The notes beneath the pieces are model-generated. The model saw only the letters and a program-made list of their open reading frames with translations, ran no database searches and had not been told where the DNA came from. This document shows, in pieces, positions 29,053-39,907 of a DNA stretch of 64,000 nucleotides. The stretch lies in contig CAWETI010000002.1 in NCBI GenBank assembly GCA_963812015.1, positions 96,001 through 160,000 on the forward strand, given 5' to 3'. Positions within the stretch are counted from its first letter, which is position 1, and every line of letters starts with the position of its first letter. The DNA comes from an uncultured delta proteobacterium. Lineage in GTDB: Bacteria; Desulfobacterota; Desulfobaccia; Desulfobaccales; 0-14-0-80-60-11. The translations under genes were made by a program, and so were the position numbers.

Positions 29053-29083
29053 AGGTTGACAAACACCATGTTGTCAGCCTTTT
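29053..29083 (+). terminator. intrinsic terminator after the tRNA
   Basis: aggttgacaa/ttgtcagcct stem plus T-tract. Confidence 0.6.
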
Positions 29084-29722
29084 GACTTTCTGAGGGTTTG
29101 GTGACCGGCTCTTCCTGGTCAACAACTTTTTTTAGGGAAAATGCGGCTGCGTTTCATTCTGGTCAAAATGCGGCCACACTGATCCAAGAATAGATAGAAA
29201 CAAATGAGCGCCAGCCCGAAAGCAGTATCAATTATTAGCCAATTCATACCCGCTGTCCTTTCCGGGTGCGAAACCGCGGCCAGCCCTTCCCTGGCGGCGG
29301 GGAGTACCCCCGGAGACCCCAGACTGCCAAGTCCAAATCCTCACCAGAGGTGAAGCCCAGGTCCATGGTTGTTCCCACCTTTGAGAGGGCAGCCCTTTTT
29401 AAAGTTCATCAGGTCTACACTCCTGCACCCCGGTAAGTCAGACCACCGGCACTGATATCTATCCCTTCTAATCTCATAAACCCGGATGATTAAAAAAACC
29501 GGCGCATTTCCCCAAAAAAACTGTACCACTTCCAAACAGGCCCAGGCCATAGTCGTAAGCCTTACGGGGTCCCCCTCTCTGGAGAACTTCAATGCCCATG
29601 ATCGCCACCTTCTTAAAATTTTTGCCAAGCTGCGCCGATTTTGGGCATTTTTAGGGTTTAAATAAGAAAAAGCTAAATATCTGGACTTGAAAACCGCAAA
29701 ACAAAAAATGGAGGGAAGGAGC

Positions 29723-30193
29723 ATGAAAAGGGGAACATTATCCATAGGGTTACTGTTGGCCCTGGGTTTAATTCTGACCATGGGCTTTACTTGTTGGGCC
29801 GGCCCTGATGGGACGGGGCAGCACCAGGGGCACTGGGGTCATCACGGCAAATTTGCCAAACTTACCCCGGAGCAAGTGGGAAAACTCTTTGATCTGCGGC
29901 AGAAATTTCTGGATGACACCGCCAGTTTGCGCAAGGAAAAGTTAGTCAAAAAGGCGGAGTTGAGGGCTCTCTGGCGCTCAGAAAATCCGGATGAGAAACA
30001 AATCCTGGCCAAGCTCAAAGAGATCAATGCTGTCAAGGCTAAGCTGCAGGAGAAGTTCGTACCCTTTCGAATCGAAGTAAAGAAAATCCTTCCTAAATGC
30101 CACGGCCCCAAGGGCAGTGTCAGCATGGAAGAGGAAGACATGAATTTGAACCCTATCATGGCCATGGAGCCTAGCGATCGCACTGGCGTGTAA
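29723..30193 (+). CDS. Spy/CpxP/ZraP-like periplasmic protein
   Basis: Signal peptide, His/Gly-rich segment, LTPEQ motif and helical hairpin (EL.AL....PD...I). Confidence 0.75.
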   Translation: MKRGTLSIGLLLALGLILTMGFTCWAGPDGTGQHQGHWGHHGKFAKLTPEQVGKLFDLRQKFLDDTASLRKEKLVKKAELRALWRSENPDEKQILAKLKEINAVKAKLQEKFVPFRIEVKKILPKCHGPKGSVSMEEEDMNLNPIMAMEPSDRTGV

Positions 30194-30256
30194 AAAATTA
30201 GGCCGGTTTTCTCTTGGTGAGGCCGCCCATCCTTACCACACTCTAACCTCTAACCT

Positions 30257-30290
30257 GGCCCGGGCTCCCTCGGGGCCTGGGCCTCTTTTT
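30257..30290 (+). terminator. intrinsic terminator
   Basis: ggcccgggctcc/ggggcctgggcc stem plus tcttttt. Confidence 0.65.
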
Positions 30291-30424
30291 ATGAAAAAGC
30301 AAAGAAGAATGAATAAGAGATTAACTTAGTGAAAAATAAGGTTCCAAAAGCAACATGGGGAAAATGAGATTAAGGTATGAACTTTAGTTAGATCGGATGG
30401 TGGATCAGTCTGGAGGAATGCTGT

Positions 30425-31000
30425 ATGCAAGGAATTCGCTTGACGAACAGATGGTTGTGGTTCTCGTCTTTAATAATCCTTACCATACTACTGGAACTTG
30501 CTTGGCCCGCAGCGGCGCAACAGCTTGGTTTTCCTGGTGGTGGCAGACGGCATGGAGGCTCAGAAACCCAGGAGCGCCTGGAATACAATCCCCAGACAGT
30601 GACTACGATGAAGGGACAAGTGGAGACCCTGGGAAGTTATGGCATGACGGGATGGCGGGTCGCCCCGGGCATGCAGTCCCAAGGATTGGTTCTTAAAACC
30701 GATAAAGGTAATATTACTATCAACTTAGGGCCGCCTTGGTATGTCAGGAAGCAGGGCTTTGATTTAAAACAAGGGGACTCCCTGGAAGTGACCGGCTCTC
30801 AAGTTACCAAAGACGGCCAGACCCTGCTTCTCGCTGCCCAAGTCAAAAAAGATGGGCAGACCTTGAAAGTGCGGGATGAGAAAGGTGTGCCGCTTTGGCA
30901 GGAGCAGGAGCGTGGTGGGCAAGGTGCCGGAGGCAGGGGCCGGGGAGGAATGGGCTCTGGTGGGAGGAGTCCCGGCGGCCAAGGGCTAATCAATTGGTAA
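30425..31000 (+). CDS. exported OB-fold protein (MamS/MamX-like domain)
   Basis: YNPQTVTT..G.V, INLGPPWYV, GDSLEVTGS and VRDEKGVPLW. Signal peptide. Confidence 0.65.
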   Translation: MQGIRLTNRWLWFSSLIILTILLELAWPAAAQQLGFPGGGRRHGGSETQERLEYNPQTVTTMKGQVETLGSYGMTGWRVAPGMQSQGLVLKTDKGNITINLGPPWYVRKQGFDLKQGDSLEVTGSQVTKDGQTLLLAAQVKKDGQTLKVRDEKGVPLWQEQERGGQGAGGRGRGGMGSGGRSPGGQGLINW

Positions 31001-31401
31001 CCGAAGGCTTGGACCCTTATCAAGATCATTGCTCTGAATAGTTTGCCGGGGAAGGATAATTAACCGGTAAATATAATATGTTAGATGAAATGGCGTCTTT
31101 ACTTAGTTTACATAACAAATCCGCCCTGGGCACCATTCATGGTCTCGGGTGTGCCCTGGTCCTTTGAAAAAAATTAAAGCGCCGAGTTAGATTTATCTTC
31201 GATGAGTGTTAAATCAAGGAGAAAGGTTAAATCTCTAAAGATTGGTGCCTTTCGAAAACGATTCCCGATCTCGTTCAAGCTGATCCGTTCACTTGCAGGA
31301 ATGAAGGAGCTGAGCGTTCGGTTTAGTAGTTAAAACCCTGAAAAAACTCCAAGCGAACGCCACTAAGGTAGCCGAATAATCTCGGAGAGAGCGGGATCAA
31401 C

Positions 31402-32658
31402 GTGAAAGATGCCAATCAACCATTACACCACCAAAGCCGCTTGAAAAAATGGGCCTTAAACGGCGGGCTCATCGCGCTAAGCGTCGTAGCAGCGCTCACC
31501 TGCATCGAGATTGCCCTGCGCTTGACCTCTTATCGCGACCTGTTAATCCGGAATCGCCACCTGCGCTATTATTACCAGTTCGATCCCGTGAAAGGCTTCG
31601 ACATCAAGCCCAACGTCAAGAGCATCCCCGTATCGGTGGACAATCGGGTCGAATACCGTATCTGGTCCAATGAGCTGGGATGTTTCGATGCGCCTTATCA
31701 CGGCGAGGAACAGATTATCCTGCTGGTGGGGGGCAGTTTCACCCACTGCTTTGCCCCGTTCCAAGATATGTGGGGGACCCAGATTGAAAAGCTGCTGCAT
31801 TATCGGGTGCTGAAATGCGGGGTTAGCGGGTACGGGACCTATCAGGAGCTTGAAAAGGCCAAAGAGATTATTAATAAGATCCAGAAAAAACCCCAGCTAA
31901 TCATCGTGGGCTATTTCTGGAATGACCTGAGCGACGACTACTCCTTTCCCAATCTGACGGTGATCGATGGCTTCCTGGTGGAGTCCGCCAAGTATAGAGA
32001 CCCAAAAACGAATCAATTGTCCAAAGAAAAGTTGGAGAAGCGGTATACCTTTTGGGACCGGTGGGTGAGCGGCGACTACCCCCTAAGCTTTGGCGAGATG
32101 ATCAGGTACTATCTGGACCAGCACCTTATTGTCATGAACCTGATCAATGATGCCGTGGCCAAATACTTTCCAGGAAAACTCGCTCAAGCGAATCCCTCCT
32201 ATTTCCTGGCCTTTCAAGACCGGCCCTGGATCCGGGAGGTCTGGAAGCGGCACTTACAGAACGTGGCCGCCTTGAAAAAACTGGCCGAGGCCAATCATGC
32301 CAACCTGCTGATGGTATTGATCCCCACCAATATCCAGGTCTATCCCTTTCTGGCGGCCCACGAGGGCATTGATCTGGAAAAGCCTGATAGAATTCTAACA
32401 CGGTTCTTGAGAGCTCAGGGCATTGATTTTATTGATCTGCTGCCTCTCATGCGCACTTACGCCGATGAAACCCCGCGTTCATCCCTGAATCCGGACAAGG
32501 ATCTGTACTGGCGACATAATTCTCACTGGAGCATCCAGGGTAATCACCTGGCCGGCCTGCTGGTATCCCGGTACATCCTGGAACATCGCCTGGTACAAGT
32601 GCCGGACCGGGATGAGAAACTCAGAAAGATCGAGGATAAATTGGCCAACTGTCATTAA
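31402..32658 (+). CDS. membrane-anchored SGNH/AlgX-like hydrolase or acetyltransferase
   Basis: N-terminal TM, NELG, LVGGSFT, GVSGYG, FWND and HWSIQGN. Confidence 0.75.
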   Translation: MKDANQPLHHQSRLKKWALNGGLIALSVVAALTCIEIALRLTSYRDLLIRNRHLRYYYQFDPVKGFDIKPNVKSIPVSVDNRVEYRIWSNELGCFDAPYHGEEQIILLVGGSFTHCFAPFQDMWGTQIEKLLHYRVLKCGVSGYGTYQELEKAKEIINKIQKKPQLIIVGYFWNDLSDDYSFPNLTVIDGFLVESAKYRDPKTNQLSKEKLEKRYTFWDRWVSGDYPLSFGEMIRYYLDQHLIVMNLINDAVAKYFPGKLAQANPSYFLAFQDRPWIREVWKRHLQNVAALKKLAEANHANLLMVLIPTNIQVYPFLAAHEGIDLEKPDRILTRFLRAQGIDFIDLLPLMRTYADETPRSSLNPDKDLYWRHNSHWSIQGNHLAGLLVSRYILEHRLVQVPDRDEKLRKIEDKLANCH

Positions 32659-32909
32659 CTGCGCGTTGAAGACGGGGCTGACCTGCCCCCACAAAACCAA
32701 CCCACAAGCTATGTTAGGGGGCAGACCACCAGCCGGTTGGTTAATTTCACCTTAAACTAGCCTTTCCCATGGACCAGGGGAATATGCCGATTTATCTTTA
32801 AAAAGACTCATGCGCCATTCACTCACTTATGAAATCCCGATCCGAGATCGGTAGCGCCTTTCTGAAATCCCATGGGGCGTTCAAGATTACTCGGGGAAGA
32901 ATCTAAGCT

Positions 32910-35027
32910 ATGTCCGCTAACGTCAAACTTTCGAAAATTCCCCGGCATCTTATTTTTATCTTCTCTTTACTATCGGTTGCATTAATAACTACCGGATATT
33001 TTTATTATAAATACCAAGTAGCTTACCTTACAAAGGAAAAACAGGGTGAACTGGCCGCCATCGTTGATCTGAAAGTCAATCAAATTGTCGCCTGGCGTCA
33101 GGAGCGTACTGCGGACGCTGATGTTATTTTGAATGATCAATTTTTTGCCGCTAAGGTTGAAGATTGGCTGGGAGGCGCCAAAGAGCCGGCTCTCAAAGAA
33201 GAGATACACAACTATTTAGCGAGCTTAATAATCCACCAGTATAAAAGTATTGTTCTCTTAGACCCCCAGGGAACGGCGAGATTATCCATTCCAGAGGAGA
33301 ACCGGAGAATATCTTTGCATCCCCAAGAACTGGCCAGGAGGGCCCTGGAGACCAGGCAACCAGTTTTTTCGGATCTTTATCGCAGCGAGGATTCCAAGGC
33401 AATTCAACTCAGCCTCCTAGTGCCCCTCCTGGCAGTCAGGGGCGGTCACAAGAGGGCTGTGGGTGTGGTCTTACTGAGCTTGGACCCGAAACAATTCCTC
33501 TATCCCTTGGTGCAGTCATGGCCTACCCCCAGTCGGACTTCTGAGATTCTATTGGTCCGCCGCCAAGGAAATGAGGTGGCGGTCTTAAATGAACTCCGTT
33601 ACCGGAAAGATACTGCCCTCAACTTGCGCTTCCCCCTCTCGGAGCCCAGGCTGCCCGCCGCTATGGCGGCCCGGGGAGAGAAAGGGGTAGTAGAAGGGAT
33701 CGATTACCAGGGCGTTCCCGTCATCGCCGCCCTGGCCCCGGTTCCAGATTCCCCCTGGTTTCTCGTCGGGAAAGTTAATGCGGGGGAGCTCTATGCTCCC
33801 CTGCGTGAACACTTCCTTTTGGTGGTGATTTTTTTAACCATATCGATTTGGGCTGCCGGTATAAGTGTCGCCTTAATATGGCGCAATCAGCAAGCCCGGT
33901 TCTACCGCCGGCAATATGAAGTGGAGCGGGAAAGGCGTAGCCTGGCGCAACGCTATGAATATTTGACTAGACATGCCAATGATATTATCCTGCTGGCCGA
34001 CCAGGATCAGAAGATTGTGGAAGCCAATGAGCAGGCGGTAGTAGCCTATGGCTATGTGCGGGATGAACTGCTCAAGTTGCACTTCGCCGATTTGCACCCG
34101 CCCGAGACCAGGCCAGCCCTTGAAGGATATCTCCGGGAAGTGGCCCAAAATGGTAGCCGGGTGTTTGAGATCATGCAGCATCACAAGTCTGGGGCCACAT
34201 TTCCTGCAGAAATCAGTTGCTGCATTATGGACATGGAAGGCCAAAAATTTTTCCAAAACATCATTCGGAACATCAGTGAGCGCAAACAATCGGAAGATGC
34301 CCTCCGAGAGTCCGAAAAAAATCTGCGCTACCTCAGCTCTCAGCTGCTTACCAGCCAGGAAACGGAACGCAAGCGCATTGCCGCGGAATTGCACGATGGC
34401 TTGGGGCAAGCTTTGATGGTTGCCAAAATGCGACTGAAGGTTATCGAGCGCAGCTTGCCGGCGGGTGAATCCAAAGAAGAATGTGTGGAATTAATAAAAT
34501 ATATCAATGAGCTTATCGAGAACATACGACGCCTTTCTCATGACTTGATGCCTTCAATCCTGGAAGATTTGGGGCTGCAAGCGGCCTTGCAGCATCTCTT
34601 AGACGAATTTTCCAGGTACACAGGGATACGGTTATCGACTGACTTGGATGACATGCAGGCCTTATTTTCGCCGGAAAAACAACTGATCATGTACCGAATC
34701 TGCCAGGAAAGCCTCAACAACATCACCAAGCACGCCCACGCTACCGAAGTTTCCGTGGCCATGAAAAGGCAGCCCGGAGGTATCTCCTTTCGATTGGAGG
34801 ATAATGGCGAAGGGTTCGATGTCCAGAAGGTCCTGTCCAGCGATTCCAGAAAGCGAGGCATGGGGTTGGCGACTTTGGAGGAACGGGTCCGAATGATGGG
34901 AGGTTCCTTGGAAATATTGAGTCAAATAGGAATCGGCACCAGGATATCCTTCTTTATTTCAACTCAAGAAAATCTGCCCAATAATGAGAATAACCTATCA
35001 ATTTCAGCCAACGTTATGAAGAAATAA
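32910..35027 (+). CDS. membrane sensor histidine kinase (periplasmic Cache-like, PAS, HisKA_3/HATPase)
   Basis: Two TMs, PAS, QETERKRIAAELHDGLGQ, ESLNNITKHA, DNGEGF and GMGL. Confidence 0.9.
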   Translation: MSANVKLSKIPRHLIFIFSLLSVALITTGYFYYKYQVAYLTKEKQGELAAIVDLKVNQIVAWRQERTADADVILNDQFFAAKVEDWLGGAKEPALKEEIHNYLASLIIHQYKSIVLLDPQGTARLSIPEENRRISLHPQELARRALETRQPVFSDLYRSEDSKAIQLSLLVPLLAVRGGHKRAVGVVLLSLDPKQFLYPLVQSWPTPSRTSEILLVRRQGNEVAVLNELRYRKDTALNLRFPLSEPRLPAAMAARGEKGVVEGIDYQGVPVIAALAPVPDSPWFLVGKVNAGELYAPLREHFLLVVIFLTISIWAAGISVALIWRNQQARFYRRQYEVERERRSLAQRYEYLTRHANDIILLADQDQKIVEANEQAVVAYGYVRDELLKLHFADLHPPETRPALEGYLREVAQNGSRVFEIMQHHKSGATFPAEISCCIMDMEGQKFFQNIIRNISERKQSEDALRESEKNLRYLSSQLLTSQETERKRIAAELHDGLGQALMVAKMRLKVIERSLPAGESKEECVELIKYINELIENIRRLSHDLMPSILEDLGLQAALQHLLDEFSRYTGIRLSTDLDDMQALFSPEKQLIMYRICQESLNNITKHAHATEVSVAMKRQPGGISFRLEDNGEGFDVQKVLSSDSRKRGMGLATLEERVRMMGGSLEILSQIGIGTRISFFISTQENLPNNENNLSISANVMKK

Positions 35028-35490
35028 CTGCGCTAATGCCAATAAAGATATTTTTTTAATAAGGTGTGACTAGCTGCTATAGATCATCGGTTATAAGATC
35101 TATGAAAGTGCTTTGATATCTGTATGATATTTAAACAGCGAACTATTTCAACTGGCGAAGTTCCACATCTAAATGACAGTGAAACAATCCTTAAAGTCTT
35201 GAAGAACGCCTAGCATTACTCCGACCACCTGGTAGCTTTTTTGCCAAGGTGAGAAGCGTTTTTAGCCCCGATTTCGAACGATAAGTCGCCACCCCTACTC
35301 TTACCTTCACCCGCCCATCAGCTCCCCAATTAGGTTAGTTTGACGGCCTACCGTCCATATCGCGCCGACCGTCAGGGAACCCCGTTATGGGGACCATAAC
35401 CCTCTGCTTCACGGATAACGGACGATAAATTTGTGGGCTGGATTTACTGCGGGTTTTAAACTTCCTGGCAGGCAACCCGGTATAAAGAGA

Positions 35491-35937
35491 TCAGAGGTTG
35501 CCGATATTTTGATAAATCTTGTTTAAGGCGGCCTTGATGAGGTCGATTTCCTGCGGGGCCAGGTTTTGGGTGACTCGCTGCCGCAGCGTTTGGGTCAGGG
35601 GGAAGAGGCCTTCGTGCAGCTGCCGGCCTTCTTTGGTGAGGTAAATGCAATATTTGCGGCGGTCCCGGGGATCGGGTTGGCGAAAGACCAGGCGTTTTTT
35701 CTCGAGAGCATCGAGCATCCGGGTGATGTTGGGTTTGTCTTTCGAGGTCTGTTCGGCGATTTCCCTTTGGGACAGGCCATCCGCCTCCCAGAGATGGCGG
35801 ATGATGGCCCATTGCTCACCGGTAATCTCGTAGCCGTGCTCCTTAAAGAAGCGCTGCAAGGCTGACTTTAAGGCCAGGGCAGTCCGGTAGATAATGAAGC
35901 CCAGGGAATCTTTGGTGGAAGCGGAGTCCTCATTCAT
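35491..35937 (-). CDS. MarR-family transcriptional regulator
   Basis: ITGEQW.I..L, LSQREIA, DKPNITRMLD.LE and DPRDRR..IYLT..G. Confidence 0.92.
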   Translation of the reverse strand: MNEDSASTKDSLGFIIYRTALALKSALQRFFKEHGYEITGEQWAIIRHLWEADGLSQREIAEQTSKDKPNITRMLDALEKKRLVFRQPDPRDRRKYCIYLTKEGRQLHEGLFPLTQTLRQRVTQNLAPQEIDLIKAALNKIYQNIGNL

Positions 35938-35942
35938 AGCAA

Positions 35943-35961
35943 TAATTGTACTTGATAACTA
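35943..35961. promoter_or_regulatory. possible MarR operator (imperfect palindrome)
   Basis: taattgt-acttg-ataacta immediately upstream of the marR start. Confidence 0.35.
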
Positions 35962-36300
35962 CTAGATATATAATGACTTGTCAAAGAAATTTTCATTTTC
36001 AGCTCGGCCATCCGGTTGGATTCCCTGAGTCTGCTGCAACAGTGAGCGGTAATCTGCAATTCTCGTCATCCTTTTTTTTCAAGGGGGTGATTTTAGCGCG
36101 CCGGCTTTCTCCCTAAAATTGGTTACAATAATAACGATCAGTTTGATCACAAGATTTGACAAGGTGAGGGATTCCATTCATAATCTTCTTGAACCGGTTG
36201 ACCTTTTCATCCCCTAAAACCCCTGGAAGCTATGGCCGGAGGCATGAATGGCCATAGAGAGGTTATCCGCCCCCGGGCGGAGGATATTTGGACCCCAAAG

Positions 36301-37676
36301 ATGAATCTTAAGATAAAGCTTCATAGTAAGCGGACCATGGTCATCGCCGTGGTGGCGGTGGTTGCCGCCCTGGCTCTCATGGGCTACCTGCTGCGCGGCA
36401 GCGGGAGGTCGGCAGAGTTTCGCACGGTCCAGATGAAGCGGGGCGACCTGCTGGCCACGATTAGCGCCACAGGCACGGTGGAGCCGGAGGAAGTCGTCGA
36501 TATCGGGGCCCAAGTCGCCGGCAGGATAGTGGCCTTCGGTAAAGATAAGAATGGCAAAGAGGTTGATTACGGCTCCGTCGTGGAGGCCGCGATGGTGCTG
36601 GCCCGGATTGACGACGCCTTGTACGCCGCGGATGTAGCCTCTGCTAAGGCCCAACTGGCCCAGAACAAGGCCGGGGTGAAATACGCCGAAGCCAACCTGG
36701 ATCAGCTCAAGGCCAAACTCTACCAGGCGCAGCGAGACTGGGCCCGGGCTGAGAAGCTCGGCCCCTCCGACGCCCTGTCCCAGGCCGACTATGATGCGGC
36801 GCAGTCGGCCTATGAGTCCGCCAAAGCCAACGTGGAAGTGGGACAGGCCGCCATTGTCCAGGCTAAAAGCGCTGTGGACCAGGCCGAAGCCACCTTGAAG
36901 CGGGCCCAGCAAAACCTGGATTATTGCACCATCGTCTCGCCGGTCAAGGGGGTAATTGTCGATCGGCGGGTCAACATCGGCCAGACCGTGGTGTCCAGCC
37001 TCAATGCCCCCAGCCTCTTTTTAATAGCCAAGGACCTGACACGCATACAGGTTTGGGTCTCGGTCAATGAAGCGGATATTGGCCTGATCCATCCGGGCCA
37101 GCCAGCCTCTTTTACCATCGATGCCTTTCCCGGCGAGTTATTCAAAGGCGAAGTGGGGAAGGTGCGGTTCAACGCCACCATGACCCAAAATGTCGTCACC
37201 TACACGGTGGAGGTTAACACCGATAATTCCAGCGGCCAGCTGCTGCCGTATCTGACGGCCAACGTCAAGTTTGTCGTGGGCGAACGCAAAAATGTCCTCC
37301 TCGTTCCCAACGTCGCCCTCCGTTGGGCTCCCCCCCGGAACAGATCGTGTCCGAGTTCCGGAAAACCAAGAAGGGTAAGGGGGCCGAGGCGCCACCCCAG
37401 GGCAAACCGTCTCCCGAGGCCGGCAAGAAGGAGCAAGCCCGGGGGGTCGTTTGGGTTCCACAAGGAAATCTGGTGCGCCCGGTCAAGGTCCGTCATGGCT
37501 TGAGCGATGGCACCATGACGGAGGTGGAGAGCGCCGAGCTTAAGGAAGACACCCCGGTAGCGGTAGGAGTAATGGAAAGCCAGCAGGCCGGTAGCGGCAA
37601 GCCTGCACCCGGCGGCAGCCCCTTTGCGCCCCAAATTTTCCGTGGTGCGGCCCAGCCCAAGGGGGAGGGCCGTTAA
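36301..37676 (+). pseudogene. MacA-like periplasmic adaptor, frameshifted in a C7 run at 37330-37336 (or sequencing error)
   Basis: ISATGTVEP, IVSPVKGVIVDRRVNIGQTV and VPNVALRW. The natural C-terminus (V..GLSDG.MTEV...L.E...V) continues in another frame (37323..37676). Confidence 0.75.
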
Positions 37677-37719
37677 CGGCCGCATCTGTTTGCCTGAGAA
37701 GTGAGATAGCTAAACCCCT

Positions 37720-39855
37720 ATGGAACTGATCGAACTGCGCGATATTTATAAGACTTATCACCTGGGCGAGATCGATGTGCCGGTGCTGAAAGGCATCTCG
37801 CTGACGGTTTCGCAGGGGGAGTTTGTCGCCCTCATGGGCACCTCGGGGTCAGGTAAGACCACCCTCATGAACATCCTGGGGTGCCTGGACCGGCCCACCT
37901 CCGGGGAATTCTGGCTGGATGGGCAGGATGTGGTGGCCTTGTCACCCGACGAGTGGGCCCAACTGCGCAACGAAAAGATCGGCTTCGTCTTTCAAACTTT
38001 CAACCTGCTGCCCCGGACCAGCGCCCTGGAAAACGTCATCATGCCCCTATCGTACACCGCGGCGCACCTCTCCGACCGGGAGGCGCGCCAGCGGGGCGGA
38101 GACCTGCTTCAGCGCGTAGGCTTGGGGGATCGCCTGGACCACGAACCCTCTCAACTCTCCGGCGGGCAGCAGCAACGGGTGGCCATCGCCCGGGCCCTCG
38201 TCAACCAGCCTTCCATCCTATTCGCGGATGAGCCCACCGGCAACCTCGACTCCCAAACCAGCGAAGAAGTCTTGGAACTATTCCGGAAACTCAACGAAGA
38301 AGAAGGGGTAACCATCATCCTGGTGACGCATGACGCCGCCGTGGCCAAGTATGCCGAACGGACTATCAGGGTTTCCGACGGGGTGGTGGAAGCCGAAGAA
38401 CCCCGTCCTCAAGAAGCCCCGGGCAGACAGCCAGGCACAATCCTGCCGAAGCTACGCTCAGGCTTGGCATGGTTGCGACTCCAGTGGATGGTGCGAACCG
38501 CCCTGCACGGCCTGCGCCGCAACGTCCTCAGGGCCGCCCTGACCACTCTCGGCATTATCATCGGCGTGGCCGCGGTCATCACCATGATGGAGATCGGGCG
38601 CGGCTCTTCCAGGGCTATCCAGTCGACCATTGCCAGCATGGGGGCCAATAATCTGTTAGTCTTACCGGGTACGGCCTCCAGCGGCGGCGTCAGCATGGGG
38701 GCCGGCAGCGTCATGACCCTCACCCCCGAGGACGGCGAGGCGATTCTGAACGAATGTCCGGCAGTTAAGGGCGTGGCGCCCATTGTCCGAGCCCGGACCC
38801 AGGTCATTTATGGCAACCGCAACTGGGTGCCCGTCTTTATTTATGGCACCACCCCCGAATTCCTTGATGTCCGGGAATGGCCCCTGGCCGAGGGCGAGGT
38901 CTTCACGGAGAGGGATGTCCGCAATGCCAGCAAGGTCTGCCTGCTGGGCCAGAGGCTGGTCCGCGAGCTTTTCCAGGGCGAGTCCCCTTTGGGCAAAGAA
39001 GTGCGGGTGCAGAACGTCTCCTTCCGGGTGATCGGGATCCTCAGCAGCAAAGGCGCCAACATGATGGGCATGGATCAGGATGATGTCCTGCTGGCGCCCT
39101 GGACGACGATTAAATTTCGCGTGACCGGCTCCTCCGCGACAACCGCCAACCAGAGCGCCGCCGCCGCCACTTCCTCGTCAAGCACCTCCACGACCGTGAA
39201 CACGCTCAACCAGATCTACCCTAATATTCAAAACCAGCTTTATCCCGTACCAGTTGCTACCCAGGCCGCGGATACTCCCCAACCGGTGCGCTTTGTCAAC
39301 GTGGATCAGCTCCTGACCGCAGGCCGCTCCACCAAGGAAATTCAGGCCGCTATCAATCAAATCACCCAATTGTTGCGGGAGCGGCATCGGATTCGCCCGG
39401 GGGAGGCGGATGACTTCAACATCCGGGATATGACTGAAATGGCCTCAGCCCTCTCTTCCACCAGCACCATGATGACCAAGCTTTTACTCGCCGTGGCCCT
39501 GATCTCCCTGTTGGTGGGGGGCGTCGGGATCATGAATATCATGCTGGTGTCGGTGACGGAGCGTACCCGGGAGATCGGCCTGCGCATGGCCGTGGGGGCC
39601 TGGGCCCGGGATATCCTCCAGCAGTTTCTGGCTGAATCCGTGATTCTCTGTTTCTGCGGAGGAGTGGCGGGCATCATCGTGGGCCGGGGGATTTCCATTT
39701 TGGTCAGGATTTTGATGAAATGGCCGACAGAGTTGTCCCTGGAGGCGATCTTCGCGGCCTTTGCGGTCTCGGTGACCGTGGGCATCGTTTTCGGCTACTA
39801 CCCGGCCTGGAAGGCGGCGCACCTGGACCCGATCATTGCCCTCCGTTACGAATAG
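37720..39855 (+). CDS. macB: MacB-like ABC transporter, ATPase-permease fusion
   Basis: GTSGSGKT, LSGGQQQRVAIARAL, ADEPTGNLD, GIMNIMLVSVTERTREIG and LDPIIALRYE. Confidence 0.85.
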   Translation: MELIELRDIYKTYHLGEIDVPVLKGISLTVSQGEFVALMGTSGSGKTTLMNILGCLDRPTSGEFWLDGQDVVALSPDEWAQLRNEKIGFVFQTFNLLPRTSALENVIMPLSYTAAHLSDREARQRGGDLLQRVGLGDRLDHEPSQLSGGQQQRVAIARALVNQPSILFADEPTGNLDSQTSEEVLELFRKLNEEEGVTIILVTHDAAVAKYAERTIRVSDGVVEAEEPRPQEAPGRQPGTILPKLRSGLAWLRLQWMVRTALHGLRRNVLRAALTTLGIIIGVAAVITMMEIGRGSSRAIQSTIASMGANNLLVLPGTASSGGVSMGAGSVMTLTPEDGEAILNECPAVKGVAPIVRARTQVIYGNRNWVPVFIYGTTPEFLDVREWPLAEGEVFTERDVRNASKVCLLGQRLVRELFQGESPLGKEVRVQNVSFRVIGILSSKGANMMGMDQDDVLLAPWTTIKFRVTGSSATTANQSAAAATSSSSTSTTVNTLNQIYPNIQNQLYPVPVATQAADTPQPVRFVNVDQLLTAGRSTKEIQAAINQITQLLRERHRIRPGEADDFNIRDMTEMASALSSTSTMMTKLLLAVALISLLVGGVGIMNIMLVSVTERTREIGLRMAVGAWARDILQQFLAESVILCFCGGVAGIIVGRGISILVRILMKWPTELSLEAIFAAFAVSVTVGIVFGYYPAWKAAHLDPIIALRYE

Positions 39856-39907
39856 GCGAATACGCCCAGATTATTAAAAGCCGACGATGGTTGAGGAGAT
39901 TTTAAAT

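Noticed and set aside
29250..29330. Cobalamin-riboswitch-like words (GGTGCGAAACC, GGAGACC)
   Set aside because: Missing the GGGAA, CCCCCGC/ACTGT and B12-box elements, and no suitable gene immediately downstream.
30425..31000. Magnetosome gene (MamS/MamX-like domain)
   Set aside because: Such OB-fold proteins are widespread in non-magnetotactic bacteria, and no other mam genes are present.
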